Assembly: GCF_011745625.1 (NCBI RefSeq)
Contig: NW_027191457.1
Location: 558,001 to 622,000 of the forward strand
DNA: 64,000 nt
Direction of reading: 5' to 3'
Source of the DNA: Cladosporium halotolerans
Taxonomy: Eukaryota
Each line of letters opens with the position of its first letter. Positions within the stretch are counted from its first letter, which is position 1. The translations under genes were made by a program, and so were the position numbers. The notes beneath the pieces were generated by a model. It was not told the origin of the DNA, did not search any database, and saw only the letters and a list, made by a program, of their open reading frames with translations. This document shows, one piece after another, positions 11,542 through 23,129 of this stretch.

Positions 11542-12789
11542 GTCGCGAGGTCGCGTGCCAAACCGAAGTTTGGGTTGTGGCTGCAGCTCAGACGTTTCAC
11601 AGACCAGAACAAGGTTTGCAGAGAATCGCGGAGTGCTGGGGTCGCTGCGTAATATAACGTAAAACAATCGAAATGGAAAGAAGAACTCCACCAGCTTACC
11701 AGTCGGACGTGAGCAAGGACAAAAGGGTGGCTCCAGACATAAATACGACCGCGGCAGTCAAACGGTTATCGCGTGCAGTGACATTTGCCGCCGGCGCACC
11801 AGTAATCTGGTCGCCGAAAAATTCCTGTCACCCAACAAGCGGAGGGGTCAACGCCCGCCGAGGGCCGGCCTTGGCGAATGAGAGCCGCTTGAACCGCCCA
11901 AACCCGGTCGAAAGTGGGTGCCATTACCATGACTATGAAGTAAAGGTCGTATAGTTGCTTATCCAGGTGACATCCGGAGGATTAACCCCTCACTTCGGAT
12001 GCGATGCTGGCAGCGAGGGCCCCACGGCGTTGGCTGTGAATATCAGTTAGACAGCTCTTCACGTAACTCACGGTGGTTGGAACATCGGATGGCTTGAGCG
12101 CAGGTCTTGCACGGGGTGCCACGGGTGCAGACCTCGACGGGCCGCCGCTGATAAGGTAGCGCATCGAGACCACCAAGAGGACGGCCAGAGTTGCTAAGTC
12201 TTTTAAGTGTGCTGTAGATCGCGACTGGTCTCATCCGTAGGCGAAGGCCGACCGCTCCAGACGCACATTTGTTGAGCCGTTGTGCTGCACCCTTCACGCA
12301 CTTAGTAACCGACAAGACATGGCCAAGATGCTGCACGCTGCGCTGAGTTTGCGCTTATAGTTTTCCGTCCGATTTCTGCGACGCCGCTCGGCGGCTTTCT
12401 CGATGGTAGTAGTAGTGGCGCTGCGGGCCGAATCGTTTCATTGAGACGAGTGAATGTTACAGTAGGCATATTGGTGCATGTTGGCGTGTCTCCTCGCGAC
12501 ATATATTGCCATTCTCTCAGATTTTTGTGAAGTCACGGACATGAGGTAAGTAGTGGTGAGGTTCAGAGATGATGTGCAGCAAGGCTCGCGAGGCAGCCAC
12601 TGAAAGCTTGAGTCGGCTTGGTTGGAAGTCATCCGTGGCGTCACCTATCGCTGAGCCGCCACGCCGGCTTCTGGCATCATCTATGGCATGCTTTGGTAAT
12701 ACCTCACCCTCCAGCAGAAAACGACCTGCTTTGTGTTCCTGCGCGAGAGTGGTGCGGCCTTTCCTCCTCAGCTGATAGTGGACTCTGCC

Positions 12790-15700
12790 ATGTATCAGTC
12801 CTTCACCGGCCAGTCACGCCGCCCGAGGCAGGTCAACCTCAGTGGCCGACCATCGAACCCGTTCGCTGCCGCCAACCCGAGCACCGGACCACAATCCACC
12901 ATCGCCTCTGCGCAACAAGAGCGCCTCCAAAGACAGCAACAAAGGGAAAGAGTGCAGGCTTCCGGGCGCATACAGAGAGTGTGGAGAGGGCACTCCGCGA
13001 GGCGCAAGGCTTTCAAATCATGGCGAGAGATCTGGGATGCGGCTGAGGAACAGCCTCGCGCAAACGGCGTTTACGCGTCAGCCGAAGAGTCTCTATCACA
13101 GTTGAATAGACTATTGTTGTTCTTCTCACCGAAGAGAGAAGCCTCGGACATTAAGAGACTGGGGTGGTATGGAATGAAACAGATATCAACGTCGGAAACA
13201 GTTCCGTGCAACGACGGACCATGGCCTGATGCATACTCGAAGCTCCGGAGGGCATGTCTTAGGGCATTAGGCGCAAGAGGCGAAAAGCAAGATCAAGAGC
13301 TAGATCACACGATACTTAATGTCCTTGCTTTCGCCGCGAGACGCTCAACCTCGATGCAACAGGCCGACGCTGTGACGTATTACGAAGCACTCACATCGTT
13401 ACAGCGTGCGCCAGAAGACGCCATACAAAATGCGCTGATTGCACCACTTGGCGATGAAGGCGCATATGCTGGTCTTGTGGTACTGCTAGGGCGTCCGCTC
13501 AGCCAACCGATGCTGTCGTTGCTCAAATCCGCCGTGTATCGTCCATCTTTGATCCATGCCCTTTCCCGCGCAGACTTCCTCCAAACGAGCGCTCGCAGCA
13601 GGCTGTGGTTGCTTGGTAACTTCAACTTTCTTTGTGGGGACACACGCGTCGGTATCACAAACACGATCGCGCAGCTACTCGGGTCGCTGGCGGACTACGT
13701 GTATTTTGAAGACAAGCCAATCGACGTCGACAATCTGCAATTCGACCGCGAATATCTTTCCAAGGATCCAGCTTATCTGCCGCTCAATACCTTCTTGCAC
13801 GAGCAAACAAGCTCGTTGGTCAACCAGGAGAGCGTGCGGAACCTCCTGGTTCGCAACAGCACCGCTGATAGCTCTTACACAAACGGGGAGCAATCAAATA
13901 CGAATGCACAGGTCTTTGCGAACTACGCCCTCACACTGCTCCGCTGCTTCACGAGAAAGGCCGATGACATCCGAATGTGGCTGTATCTTGGTCCAACGAA
14001 ACCACATGAGATTCCAGCCACGCGATTTTTCTGGAACGCAGCCAAAACCACTTCCGTCTTTTCCGTCGTATGCAAAGACTCTCGGGCTGTTGTGCCTTTG
14101 ATGAAGTCGTCAAGTGCGGCCGATCAAAGAGAAGACTGGACGGTCGTTATGGTTTTCCTCGAGCTGTACACCTTCTTGCTCAAGATTATGGATGATGAAG
14201 AGTTCATGGGTCGATCCACTTCTGGCCCGCAAAGCGCAATCCCCATCGAGGACGTTGCTATATTGGTCACGTTCCTGAAAAACCTGGGCTTCACACTATA
14301 TTTCAATGCTGCAGAATTGAACGAGTCGTCGCTGCCCGTCGCTCGCGACTCTGGCTCTCTTAGCTCACACTTCGGTGGACGCATTGCCTCGGAAACTATT
14401 GCGGAAGACGCAGAGCCCAAGCCTCTCACTGTGGCTGGCATGCCAGGCATGACTGCGGATTACCTCAAGGGCATTGTGACTGGCCTTCTGCGCTCGATAT
14501 ATGAGCGTGACAGTCGTCGAAGTTTCCTGCCAGCAGATCACTGGCTAATGACGTCCCGCTTCGATATGACTGCGTTCATTCCGGGTGTTGTGGCAGAAGA
14601 GGAGAACAGGCACCGCATTGCTGATCAGGAGGAAGAGGATGGAGATGCCGACGACTCAGATGATGAGATGTACGACTTCTCATCTCGTGGTCCTGCTAGC
14701 TACCACCGCAACCAAGAAGCACGGGCGAGAGCACAACGCAAAGCGTCTCGCCGCCGATACCTAGAGTCCGTCGCCCCACGCCTGGAGATCTTGCAGAACA
14801 TGCCTTTCTTCATCCCATTCCATACTCGAGTGGAGATCTTCCGTCAGTTTGTGCATCTCGACCAGTCGAAACGAAGAAATGGCCTCGTTGACCCAGACAC
14901 TTGGCGGGCCAACATGATGTTCTCTCCGCAGGAACCGGGTCGCAATATGCTCGCTCGACATCATGCTCAGATAAAGCGAAAGAGCGAGTTCGAAGACGCA
15001 TTCCAAGCTTTCTACGAGCTTGGCGCAGATCTCAAAGAGCCGATACAAATAACTTTTCTGGATGAGTTCGGACTCCAGGAAGCTGGCATCGACGGCGGCG
15101 GTGTGACGAAAGAGTTCTTGACTTCTGTCATCAACCAAGCATTCAATCCTGCCAACGGCGGTCTCGAGAAGTACTTCATTGAGAACGAGAAGCATCTACT
15201 CTTTCCCAATCCAACAGCCATGGACGATGCAATTGCTATCCTGCGGGAAGCAGGTCTCAAGGACGGACATATGAAGCCATTTCTGCGGGAAATTTTCCAG
15301 AAATATGAGTTCCTTGGCCGCATCATCGGCAAGTGTCTGTACGAGGGCATTCTCGTCGACGTCTCGTTCGCAGGATTCTTCCTGAAGAAATGGGCTTTGA
15401 CCGGCGGACACGGCTCCGCGCCTAGCGAAAGCGGGTACAGGGCCAACATCAACGACCTCCGCGATTTCGACGAAGCTCTCTACAAAGGCCTGTTGGACGT
15501 CAAGTCGGCTCCAGACGCAAGCGCCTACGGTCTGACTTTCACGGTGGACGACCTTGTCGGGTCCAGAGACAAGAAACAGGTCGTTGAGCGCGAGCTCATT
15601 GCGGGCGGTGCCGATACACCAGTCACCAACGAGAACCGTCTGATCTACTTGAACCGTATGAGCTGGTACCGTCTGCAAGGGCAAAGCGCGCCGCAAACCA

Positions 15701-16158
15701 ACGCTTTCCTGAAGGGCCTCTCATCCATCATCCAGCCCACCTGGCTCTCCATGTTCAACCAAGCCGAGCTGCAGACTCTCATTGGCGGTGCGCAGGCCGG
15801 CATCGACGTCGGCGACCTCCGCCGCAACACTCAGTACGGCGGCGTTTATGTCATCGGCGACGACGGCCAGGAGCACCCCAGCGTGCGCCTGTTCTGGCGT
15901 GTCATGGAGGGTCTTCCGGACGAGGACAGGCGCAAGGTGCTCAAGTTTGTCACGTCGACGCCACGCGGCCCACTGCTGGGTTTCAGCAACTTGAACCCAC
16001 GCTTCTCCATTCGCGACAGCAGCAGCGACGAGGGTCGCATCCCGTCTGCGAGCACGTGCGTGAACCTTCTCAAACTGCCCATGTACAAGAGCGAGGATGT
16101 GTTGAGGGAGAAGTTGCTGTATGCGGTCAACAGCGGAGCCGGGTTCGACCTCAGCTGA
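12790..16158 (+). CDS. HUL5: IQ-motif and HECT-domain E3 ubiquitin ligase (Hul5/UBE3C-like)
   Basis: Start MYQSFTGQSRRPRQVNLSG; IQ motif IQRVWRG; HECT motifs EAGIDGGGVTKEF and KFVTSTPRGPLLGF; catalytic PSASTCVNLLKLP; ends AGFDLS. Single exon. Confidence 0.93.
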   Translation: MYQSFTGQSRRPRQVNLSGRPSNPFAAANPSTGPQSTIASAQQERLQRQQQRERVQASGRIQRVWRGHSARRKAFKSWREIWDAAEEQPRANGVYASAEESLSQLNRLLLFFSPKREASDIKRLGWYGMKQISTSETVPCNDGPWPDAYSKLRRACLRALGARGEKQDQELDHTILNVLAFAARRSTSMQQADAVTYYEALTSLQRAPEDAIQNALIAPLGDEGAYAGLVVLLGRPLSQPMLSLLKSAVYRPSLIHALSRADFLQTSARSRLWLLGNFNFLCGDTRVGITNTIAQLLGSLADYVYFEDKPIDVDNLQFDREYLSKDPAYLPLNTFLHEQTSSLVNQESVRNLLVRNSTADSSYTNGEQSNTNAQVFANYALTLLRCFTRKADDIRMWLYLGPTKPHEIPATRFFWNAAKTTSVFSVVCKDSRAVVPLMKSSSAADQREDWTVVMVFLELYTFLLKIMDDEEFMGRSTSGPQSAIPIEDVAILVTFLKNLGFTLYFNAAELNESSLPVARDSGSLSSHFGGRIASETIAEDAEPKPLTVAGMPGMTADYLKGIVTGLLRSIYERDSRRSFLPADHWLMTSRFDMTAFIPGVVAEEENRHRIADQEEEDGDADDSDDEMYDFSSRGPASYHRNQEARARAQRKASRRRYLESVAPRLEILQNMPFFIPFHTRVEIFRQFVHLDQSKRRNGLVDPDTWRANMMFSPQEPGRNMLARHHAQIKRKSEFEDAFQAFYELGADLKEPIQITFLDEFGLQEAGIDGGGVTKEFLTSVINQAFNPANGGLEKYFIENEKHLLFPNPTAMDDAIAILREAGLKDGHMKPFLREIFQKYEFLGRIIGKCLYEGILVDVSFAGFFLKKWALTGGHGSAPSESGYRANINDLRDFDEALYKGLLDVKSAPDASAYGLTFTVDDLVGSRDKKQVVERELIAGGADTPVTNENRLIYLNRMSWYRLQGQSAPQTNAFLKGLSSIIQPTWLSMFNQAELQTLIGGAQAGIDVGDLRRNTQYGGVYVIGDDGQEHPSVRLFWRVMEGLPDEDRRKVLKFVTSTPRGPLLGFSNLNPRFSIRDSSSDEGRIPSASTCVNLLKLPMYKSEDVLREKLLYAVNSGAGFDLS

Positions 16159-18344
16159 GTCATGTTTGTCTGTCATTCGCGATGTTTGAAAGCATAGCGT
16201 GCGTTAGGGAACGAGTTTTTAGCGAGGTGTCCGTTTAGGGTATCCTTTGGGGCCATGTTGCTGAATGACACAAGATAGAGGCGCACGTGGACATGGACAT
16301 GACAATGTAGACTTTCCACCCCGCCAACGCCGTGGATCGGCCTTTCTTCACCCTGACAATGACCGTTGTTATCACGAGGGTCACACGCACGAGATCGTAT
16401 GTGAGCGTATACTCCGAATCGGTACCGCGAGAGCCAGGCACAGACTCACCACTAGCTACTGTAGGCAGCGCCAACCACTGTGATCTACGGCACGCTTCTG
16501 ACGTGGCACTCGTGATGAGCTTGACTGTGGGCTTGCCAATTGGTGGTGCCTCGCAATTCAGCCTGATTGGCAGCGCATCGCGTCGAGTCCTGTCTCAGAC
16601 TGACGCAAAGTTCCTGGTCTGCCCACTGCGTCGCTGAAACGTCGGCGAGGATGAGTACGCACGATTCAGGGAGGCTCTGGGCATGTGTTTAGGGCCTCAG
16701 GCGTCCTGGCTGCCACATGGCGCTGCTAGCTCGCGCTGGGGAGGGAGGGCTGGAGCAGCGACAAGGGCATGAATGAGGGCACGAAGTTAAATGAGTGTTG
16801 CTGCTGTCGCGTTGGTGGAGGTTTGACGGCGGGCGGAACGGTAGGCAGCAAACCACCCGTCGAGCCTGTCTCATGCTTACACGGCTTCACGGCTCGGAAG
16901 CCTCGCTCCGTGAAGGCGAGTATTGTTAACAGATTACATATAGCGATCTTGCTTAACCGACCGCAGACTATAAGCGAGGCACAGCTCTGACGAAAGACCC
17001 CGGCAGCAAAGAGTTTTTCATGGTCACAGACGTTGCAGCGAAGCAGGCATTTTCAGGAGAACTCGAGCCCTCCCCTACGATGCCAGTGCCACCGCCGATG
17101 CCTTTCTGCCTGCAAGCATGTCATCGCCACTACTGGTGGGCAGGTCGCGCAGATCGACGTGCCAATCGCAAATTGGCACAATAGGGCACTGCTCAATTGG
17201 CGATACATGGCGTTATCTACGGCATACAACAGATCAACAAATCTTGCCAAACCCATCGCTCGGCTTGCAGTCCGGAGGCCAGTCATGCCAATAGACTTGT
17301 CGGCAGATGTTGATGGAGACATTGCGAGACGGCGTGGATGGTACTACACTACCTGAGGACTGGCGAAACAGTCCGCACCCTTAGACTTCAGGGTCTGCCT
17401 AATGTACGACCTAGCCACAATCGCGAGCCGTCCCAAATCGGCCCGAGACTTTGCTGATATTCTTCCCTCCCCAAATTATAACACACTTGTTAAGACCGAT
17501 CGTCACCTATTATAATATCGAACCACTCAACTCCAACTGATTGCCACCATCTTTCGATAGTTCAACTTGGAGGAATGGCGGAACATTTGCGCTACTCCTG
17601 CGATCATCTACCGGGTACGCGGCCACCTCAAACCGCACAGACATAGGTCGAGTCATGTCCATGCGTGACGACTTACCGGGGGTCCTGGCCCGTCTTTGGC
17701 GCGCCCACCACAATGCCACAATTGATTTGGTGGAGGCACTCCAGACGGCAGAACGATGGCTTCGAGATGGGCTTAAGAACGCCATCTTAGGTTCCGGTAA
17801 AGCGGCTCCCATCGCCAGCAATCTGGCCAACGCCGCAGATCCTAGTCTGAGGTCCGGAGACGCTTGGTTTAGGATCTTCGTCCCATTACTCGATCAATAC
17901 GTCCTCTGCTCGCCCGGGCGCTGACGGTTCAGTGTAGTCGCCAAGCGAGGTAGGCTGATGGAGTCTGTGGGAAGATGATCATCAACTGTTCTCAAACCCC
18001 TGCGTGAGTAGTCTTCCATCCAGCGCCGGGGATCCATAGCACTGGGATATGAATGGCCCGTAGCGCTTCCGGCTCTACCGTTGCGGAAGAAATGGCCCGG
18101 TGGTCTCCTGCCAAACCGACAATCACCACAGACCCCAGCGCTGATCAACCCTTACAATACTGGGCCACCGCTCGTCCCAAATACGCCGCCCGTACCTGCG
18201 TCAGCCGTGATCCCCGCGGTTCTCCAGGACACTTAACACTCTCTTTTGATCCCTCCGCTCGTCGACCAGGGTTTCTCCTGCCTGGTTGCCTTTCCGTTGA
18301 CTGTTGAACCTTACTCTCTGGTTGTGGAGGATTCCTTTGATGCA

Positions 18345-19682
18345 ATGGCGAATGGTGGCCATACCTCTGGTGACGCCGTCGTCGGTGTGACGGTGGCTTT
18401 CACCGTTCTCGCGGTAATCAGCACCAGTATGCGACTGTACACGCGAATCTTTATGAGCCAAATGGGCGGCGTCGATGACTTCTTCATTGCTGCGTCAGCA
18501 GTGAGTTTACAACATTCTTCCTGTCGTAAACATTACTCATCACTGACACAACTCGCAGTTTCTCGTAGTAGCGCTGACCGTTTCGATGTGCCTCGAAGGT
18601 TTGTCGTGAACACATCACACGCACCCAGAACATATGACCTAACCACGAATAGTCAAATACGGCATGGGACAACACCAAGATAATCTTACAACTCACGACA
18701 ACATGTGGCTGAATACATGGTTCTGGGCCTCCCTTTGGCTATACTACCTTTCACTCTTTTTCGCCAAGCTGGCCATCTTGTTCCAATATCGTCGCATCTT
18801 CCCGCAACCAACGTTCCGCAAACTCAACTACGCACTCATGGTATTCATCACCGCTTACTCGTGCTGGACCATTTTCAGCGCCATATTCTCTTGCTCCCCG
18901 GTCAGCTATTTCTGGATGCAGGGCATCGACCCCGAAGCCGATGGAAAATGCTTGAACCGACTGGCCGTCTGGTAAGAGACCACGATCGAAGCACGCCGCA
19001 AGTTCATCACTAACGACACGCCAGGTTCGTCAATGCCGGCCTGAACATCTTCACCGACATCGCCGTCACCGTCCTCCCCTTGCCCGTCATCAAATCCCTC
19101 CAGCTCCCCAAACGCCCCAAACTCGCGCTCATGGCCGTCTTCTGCCTCGGCGGCGTGACCTGCATCGTCTCCCTCCTCCGCCTGCAATCCCTCTACGCCG
19201 TCTCCGTCTCCGAGGACATCAGCTGGGACAACCCGATGGCGGCGCTGTGGAGCAACCTGGAAGTCAACATCGGCATCCTGTGCGCCTGCCTGCCCACCCT
19301 GAAAACCTGCATCGTGCGCTTCTTCCCGCGCATCTTCTCCTCCAACCGCGGCACCAGCTCCGCCGGCGGCGTGCGCACCATCGGCACCGCGGGCTACACG
19401 CGCGACAGCCGCAAGAAGAAGCGCGACAGCATCGGCATGCACTTCCTCGGCCGCGGGCCCAAGGTCGCGGAGGTCTACGAGGGCCGCAAGGCCGAGCTCG
19501 AGACGATGGGCGGCACGCAGATCCGGCCCGGGTCGGCGCAGGGCAGCGACAGCGACAAGGAGGAGGACGGCATCCAGGTCGTCACGGTCGTGCAGCAGGA
19601 CAGCACGCCGGCGCTGAGGGTGGATTCCGGGCGCAGCGACACGGAGAGCACGCGGAAGCTCGTGCGCGAGTTCCCGGCGTGA
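18345..19682 (+). CDS. PTH11-like (fungal rhodopsin-domain) integral membrane protein without CFEM
   Basis: Exons 18345-18500, 18559-18598, 18653-18971 and 19025-19682 with canonical GT-AG introns. Motifs RLYTR...GVDD, KYGMGQH, AKLAIL, CSPVSYFW, NIFTDI...LPMP and WSNLEVNIGILCACLP. Confidence 0.88.
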
Positions 19683-20584
19683 GGGACGGACGGACGTCTG
19701 TTGGCGCTTTCGGAGGGTGTTTTCGGCTTTGTGCTTTTTTTTTTTCCTTCTGTCCACAATTACTATTATTGCTGGTTTTCACAGGATACCCACGGCTAGT
19801 TCAGTCTTTACTTTTACGTTACGCTTAACCAAGGCCATGTCAGAGCCCCCCAACGAATGTTAATCTTGTCTAATATGTTTACCGAGCGTCGGCGCCTTTC
19901 GCACCCACCCTCTCTCATTTCCAGCCAATCCATTCCAAACCGCCTCTTTACCCCCACCAGCCCGTGCCACCCCAAACCAAGCCCATGCTCCCCCATCCAA
20001 ATCAACTCTAACCTTAACCTTCCCCTCACAACTCGCACCTTCCCCAGCTTGAAACCCAAGCCGGCGGAACTTTCTCCGGGCCCGCAGATTACCTCGGAGC
20101 CCAAGCAAGCCGGGGTGCGACTCCATCGGCTCGATGATCTCCAGCTCTCTGGGAGTGCTCGCGCGCGCGGGGTTGGATCGCCGGACCTGGGGTGAGTGGA
20201 TGATGTGAGATGGAGGGGGGAGGTGGTGAGCGTGGGTTTGCTACGATCAAGGTACGTAGCAAGTGACAGCACGTGATGGGTGAGATGGATGGTCACGTGA
20301 TGGGAGACTGGCGGCTGCACGACGCAAAGGCGATCGGTCGGTCAGGAAGCGAGCGAGTTATTAGGAGGGTGATCTTTGAAGGCACTGTTTACTCTGAGCG
20401 CTCTGCGTAACGTCATGTCCATCATAAGTATGCACATTCTACACATTAGAGAGAGATTTCTCAGATTACTCTTTGGAAAAGAATCGTAACATTCGTAAGA
20501 TCCAATCGAGCGAAGAAAGCATCGCCGTACGCTCCCTCTCGCGAGAGAGAGAAAAAGAAAGCCGTTCCCAAGCCTCCGGAAGCC

Positions 20585-22761
20585 TCAAGTCGACAAGCTT
20601 CCCCTCCTAGGGTCGTTGCCGCCCTTGACTTTCCCAATGCCGACGAGCTGGACCATCTCGCGCCAGAAACTGACGGGCGGGCCGTAGAAGGTCTCCTCGT
20701 AGGCGTCGATGCCAGGGCGCTCCCAGATCAGGTCTGCCTCGTGGGGCTTGACGAACTTGGTGCGGTTGAAGAGCTTCCAGCCGAAGAAGGTGACGAAGGC
20801 TGAGGAAAAGTGTTAGTGGGTGGTTATCGGAGTTGGGCTGGCGACGACGAGCACTTACCGACGATGAGCATGGTGTAGTAGATGAAGAAGTTCTGCACGC
20901 TCCACGGCCTGAAGGAGGAGTAGCCGTAGAAGAGGATGATGAAGATCATCCAGCCCTGGGCGACGTAGGTCTGCATGTGCGTTAGTACTGCAATTTTTGG
21001 CAATATGAATTCGCCAGGGAGACTTACGCCATACGGCTGGAACCATCCGGTGTAAGGGAAGGACTTCCTGTCGATTCCCTGTGCCTTGACGGAGCGGTAG
21101 AAGAAGATGTAGGTGAGACACATGACGTTGAAGTTGATGATGCCGCCGCCAGTGACCAGGTTGACCAGCCAGTTCAGGACCTCGTTCGAAGCACTGCTGA
21201 CTTGCAAGAAAGACAGGCAGGGGAACAGCATGACAACGAAGAAGCAGAAGAGAGGGACACCGTTCTTGGTGCAGTAACGAAGCACCTTGGGCGCGCGACC
21301 CTCGAGGGCCAAGCCGTACAAGCTGCGAGTGGCGCAGTAGGTGTAGGTGTTGCCAGCGCTGAAGATGGAGGTGCACATCAAGGCGTTGACGATGTGCGGA
21401 AGGACGTCGACGCCCAAGTTGGTCATCGCAATAACGTACGGCGAGGCGGCCGCAGACTTCTCGCCCTCCTCAATGACGGCTGTCAATTGCGGGTCCTGAG
21501 ACGGGCAAACGATTCCAGCGCAGAGCGCACCAAGGATAAAGAAGAGACCAAAACGCCAGTAGACCGTCTTAAAGGCGTTCTTGATGTAGATGCGAGGGCG
21601 CTTGGCCTCCGCGGCGACCATGGAAATGTACTCGGGTCCGACAATACAGAACGCCGCGCTCCACAAGCAAGCCAAGAATCCTTCGAAGCGTCCGATGCGA
21701 CCGTCGGAAAGGTACGCGATGAAAGGAGCGGGGTTGTTCCAATTGCGGAAGCCGTAGGCATCACCTTGCGGGTTGCCGCCGACCATCGTGACAAAGGTGA
21801 AACTGAAGAGGATAAAGATCAGGATGACCTTGCCGCCAGATAACCAGAATTCAGCCTCGCCATATGCTTTGACTGCGAGGATATTGAGAAGGCTATGGGT
21901 GTGTCAGTTCAAGCTCCATCAATGGTATTTGCAGGAAGCTGGAAAGGTGTATAGGTTCGGGCATTTTAGGAAGTGGGCGCGAGGGACTGGGTGCGTGGGG
22001 CAAAGCCGCAAATGGATGGGCTCCAGTGGGCGTTGTCGCATTTGGAAGAGCTGGATATATGGAGAGGGGGAGGCTGCAAAGGGTAGGGTGATTGGCGCAG
22101 TGGGTAAGGAAAAGGGCGCGATGGAAGGGGATCGCGAGGCGCATTGGGGATTGTGGAGTCGCAATGGGATTTGTCGCACTGGGAATCTTACCCGTAAAGG
22201 ATCTGTGGAGCCCCAGTTAGTTGCGGGTCTCATGCCTAGATTGCTCGGTCTGGCACTCACGATACACGCGATTGGGATAGCCCAAGCCGGGATGTTGTCA
22301 CTCCAGAAACCGAGGACCAGTGTGAGAGCAGTGATTTCGAAGGGAATCAGAAGTGCTTCGTAGATGAAGAAGTTCCAACCAGCCATGAATCCAAAAGCGT
22401 CGTCAACAAAGTGACCCGCCAGACGAACGAATCCACCGGAGACCGGGTACAGAACGGTCATTTCCGCGATCGAGTTGTTCACCAGGGCCAGCATGCAAGC
22501 GTAGATGAAGTAGGCAATGAACAAGCTGCCTGGTCCACCGCTGTGAAGGCCGCCGCCGATCGAGACGAACAAGGCAGTACCGATACTACCGCCAATGGCG
22601 ATGAGCTGGATCTGGCGGTTGTTCAGCCTGCGCTGGAGGTTGTCGGCATTCTCAGAGATCTCGCCATCCTCGTAGGTGACGATGTCGTGAGCGTCCGGCG
22701 AGTTCGAGACGTATTCCGCCTTCTTCTCCTGGGACGCGCCGCCCTTCTCCCAGAAAGGCAT
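20585..22761 (-). CDS. AGP2: Amino-acid permease (YAT family), AGP2-like; 5 exons including an 11-nt microexon
   Basis: Exons 22761-22261, 22202-22192 (ATCCTTTACGG), 21892-21028, 20970-20859 and 20799-20585. Motifs LNNRQIQLIAIGGSIGT, VKAYGEAEFW, GPEYISMVAAEAKRPR and ADLIWERP. The frame is only maintained with the microexon. Confidence 0.88.
21976..22183 (-). repeat. Dispersed degenerate motif CCCANTGCG(A/C)C repeated inside intron 2 of the AGP2-like gene
   Basis: Plus-strand copies GTCGCACTGGG 22173, GTCGCAATGGG 22158, GGCGCATTGGG 22138 and GGCGCAGTGGG 22094. Looser copies at 22115, 22035, 22005 and 21976. Confidence 0.7.
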
Positions 22762-23104
22762 GGCGGAGGGTGTCGCGGAGGGTGGGGTCGTCGGAGAGGG
22801 CCAGAGGAAGGGGAGGGAAGGTGGGGTAGAGGTCGCAGATGCGGTGTCAGTAGAGCGAGAGCAAGCGAGAGACGCAGAAGGTGGACGAGGCGGATCACGA
22901 GAAACTTTTATGCGGCGAGATGGGCGCTGGAGATTGGCGACCGTCGAGACCCAGACGAGGAGCGACACGCCTAGCGTCCGTCCAAGACGCCCTGAGGCAC
23001 ACGACCAAGCGCAGGGTGGGCACCGGGCGGTGCTCTTCGTCTGGGCTGAACCGCTCTCGCCGCCGGGGTGGGAGTCGGGCAAAGGCTAAGGTGCGCGCTG
23101 CATG

Positions 23105-23129
23105 CTGGCCCTGCTGGCCCTGCTGGCCC
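23105..23129 (+). repeat. 9-bp tandem repeat (CTGGCCCTG)x~3
   Basis: ctggccctg ctggccctg ctggccc upstream of the AGP2-like gene. Confidence 0.7.

Noticed and set aside
16235..18307. Short ORFs on both strands between HUL5 and the PTH11-like gene (e.g. 17541-17924)
   Set aside because: No domain, codon bias or intron structure that I can support.
21919..23082. 387-aa ORF as a standalone protein
   Set aside because: It is exon 1 of the AGP2-like gene plus leader and intron read-through.
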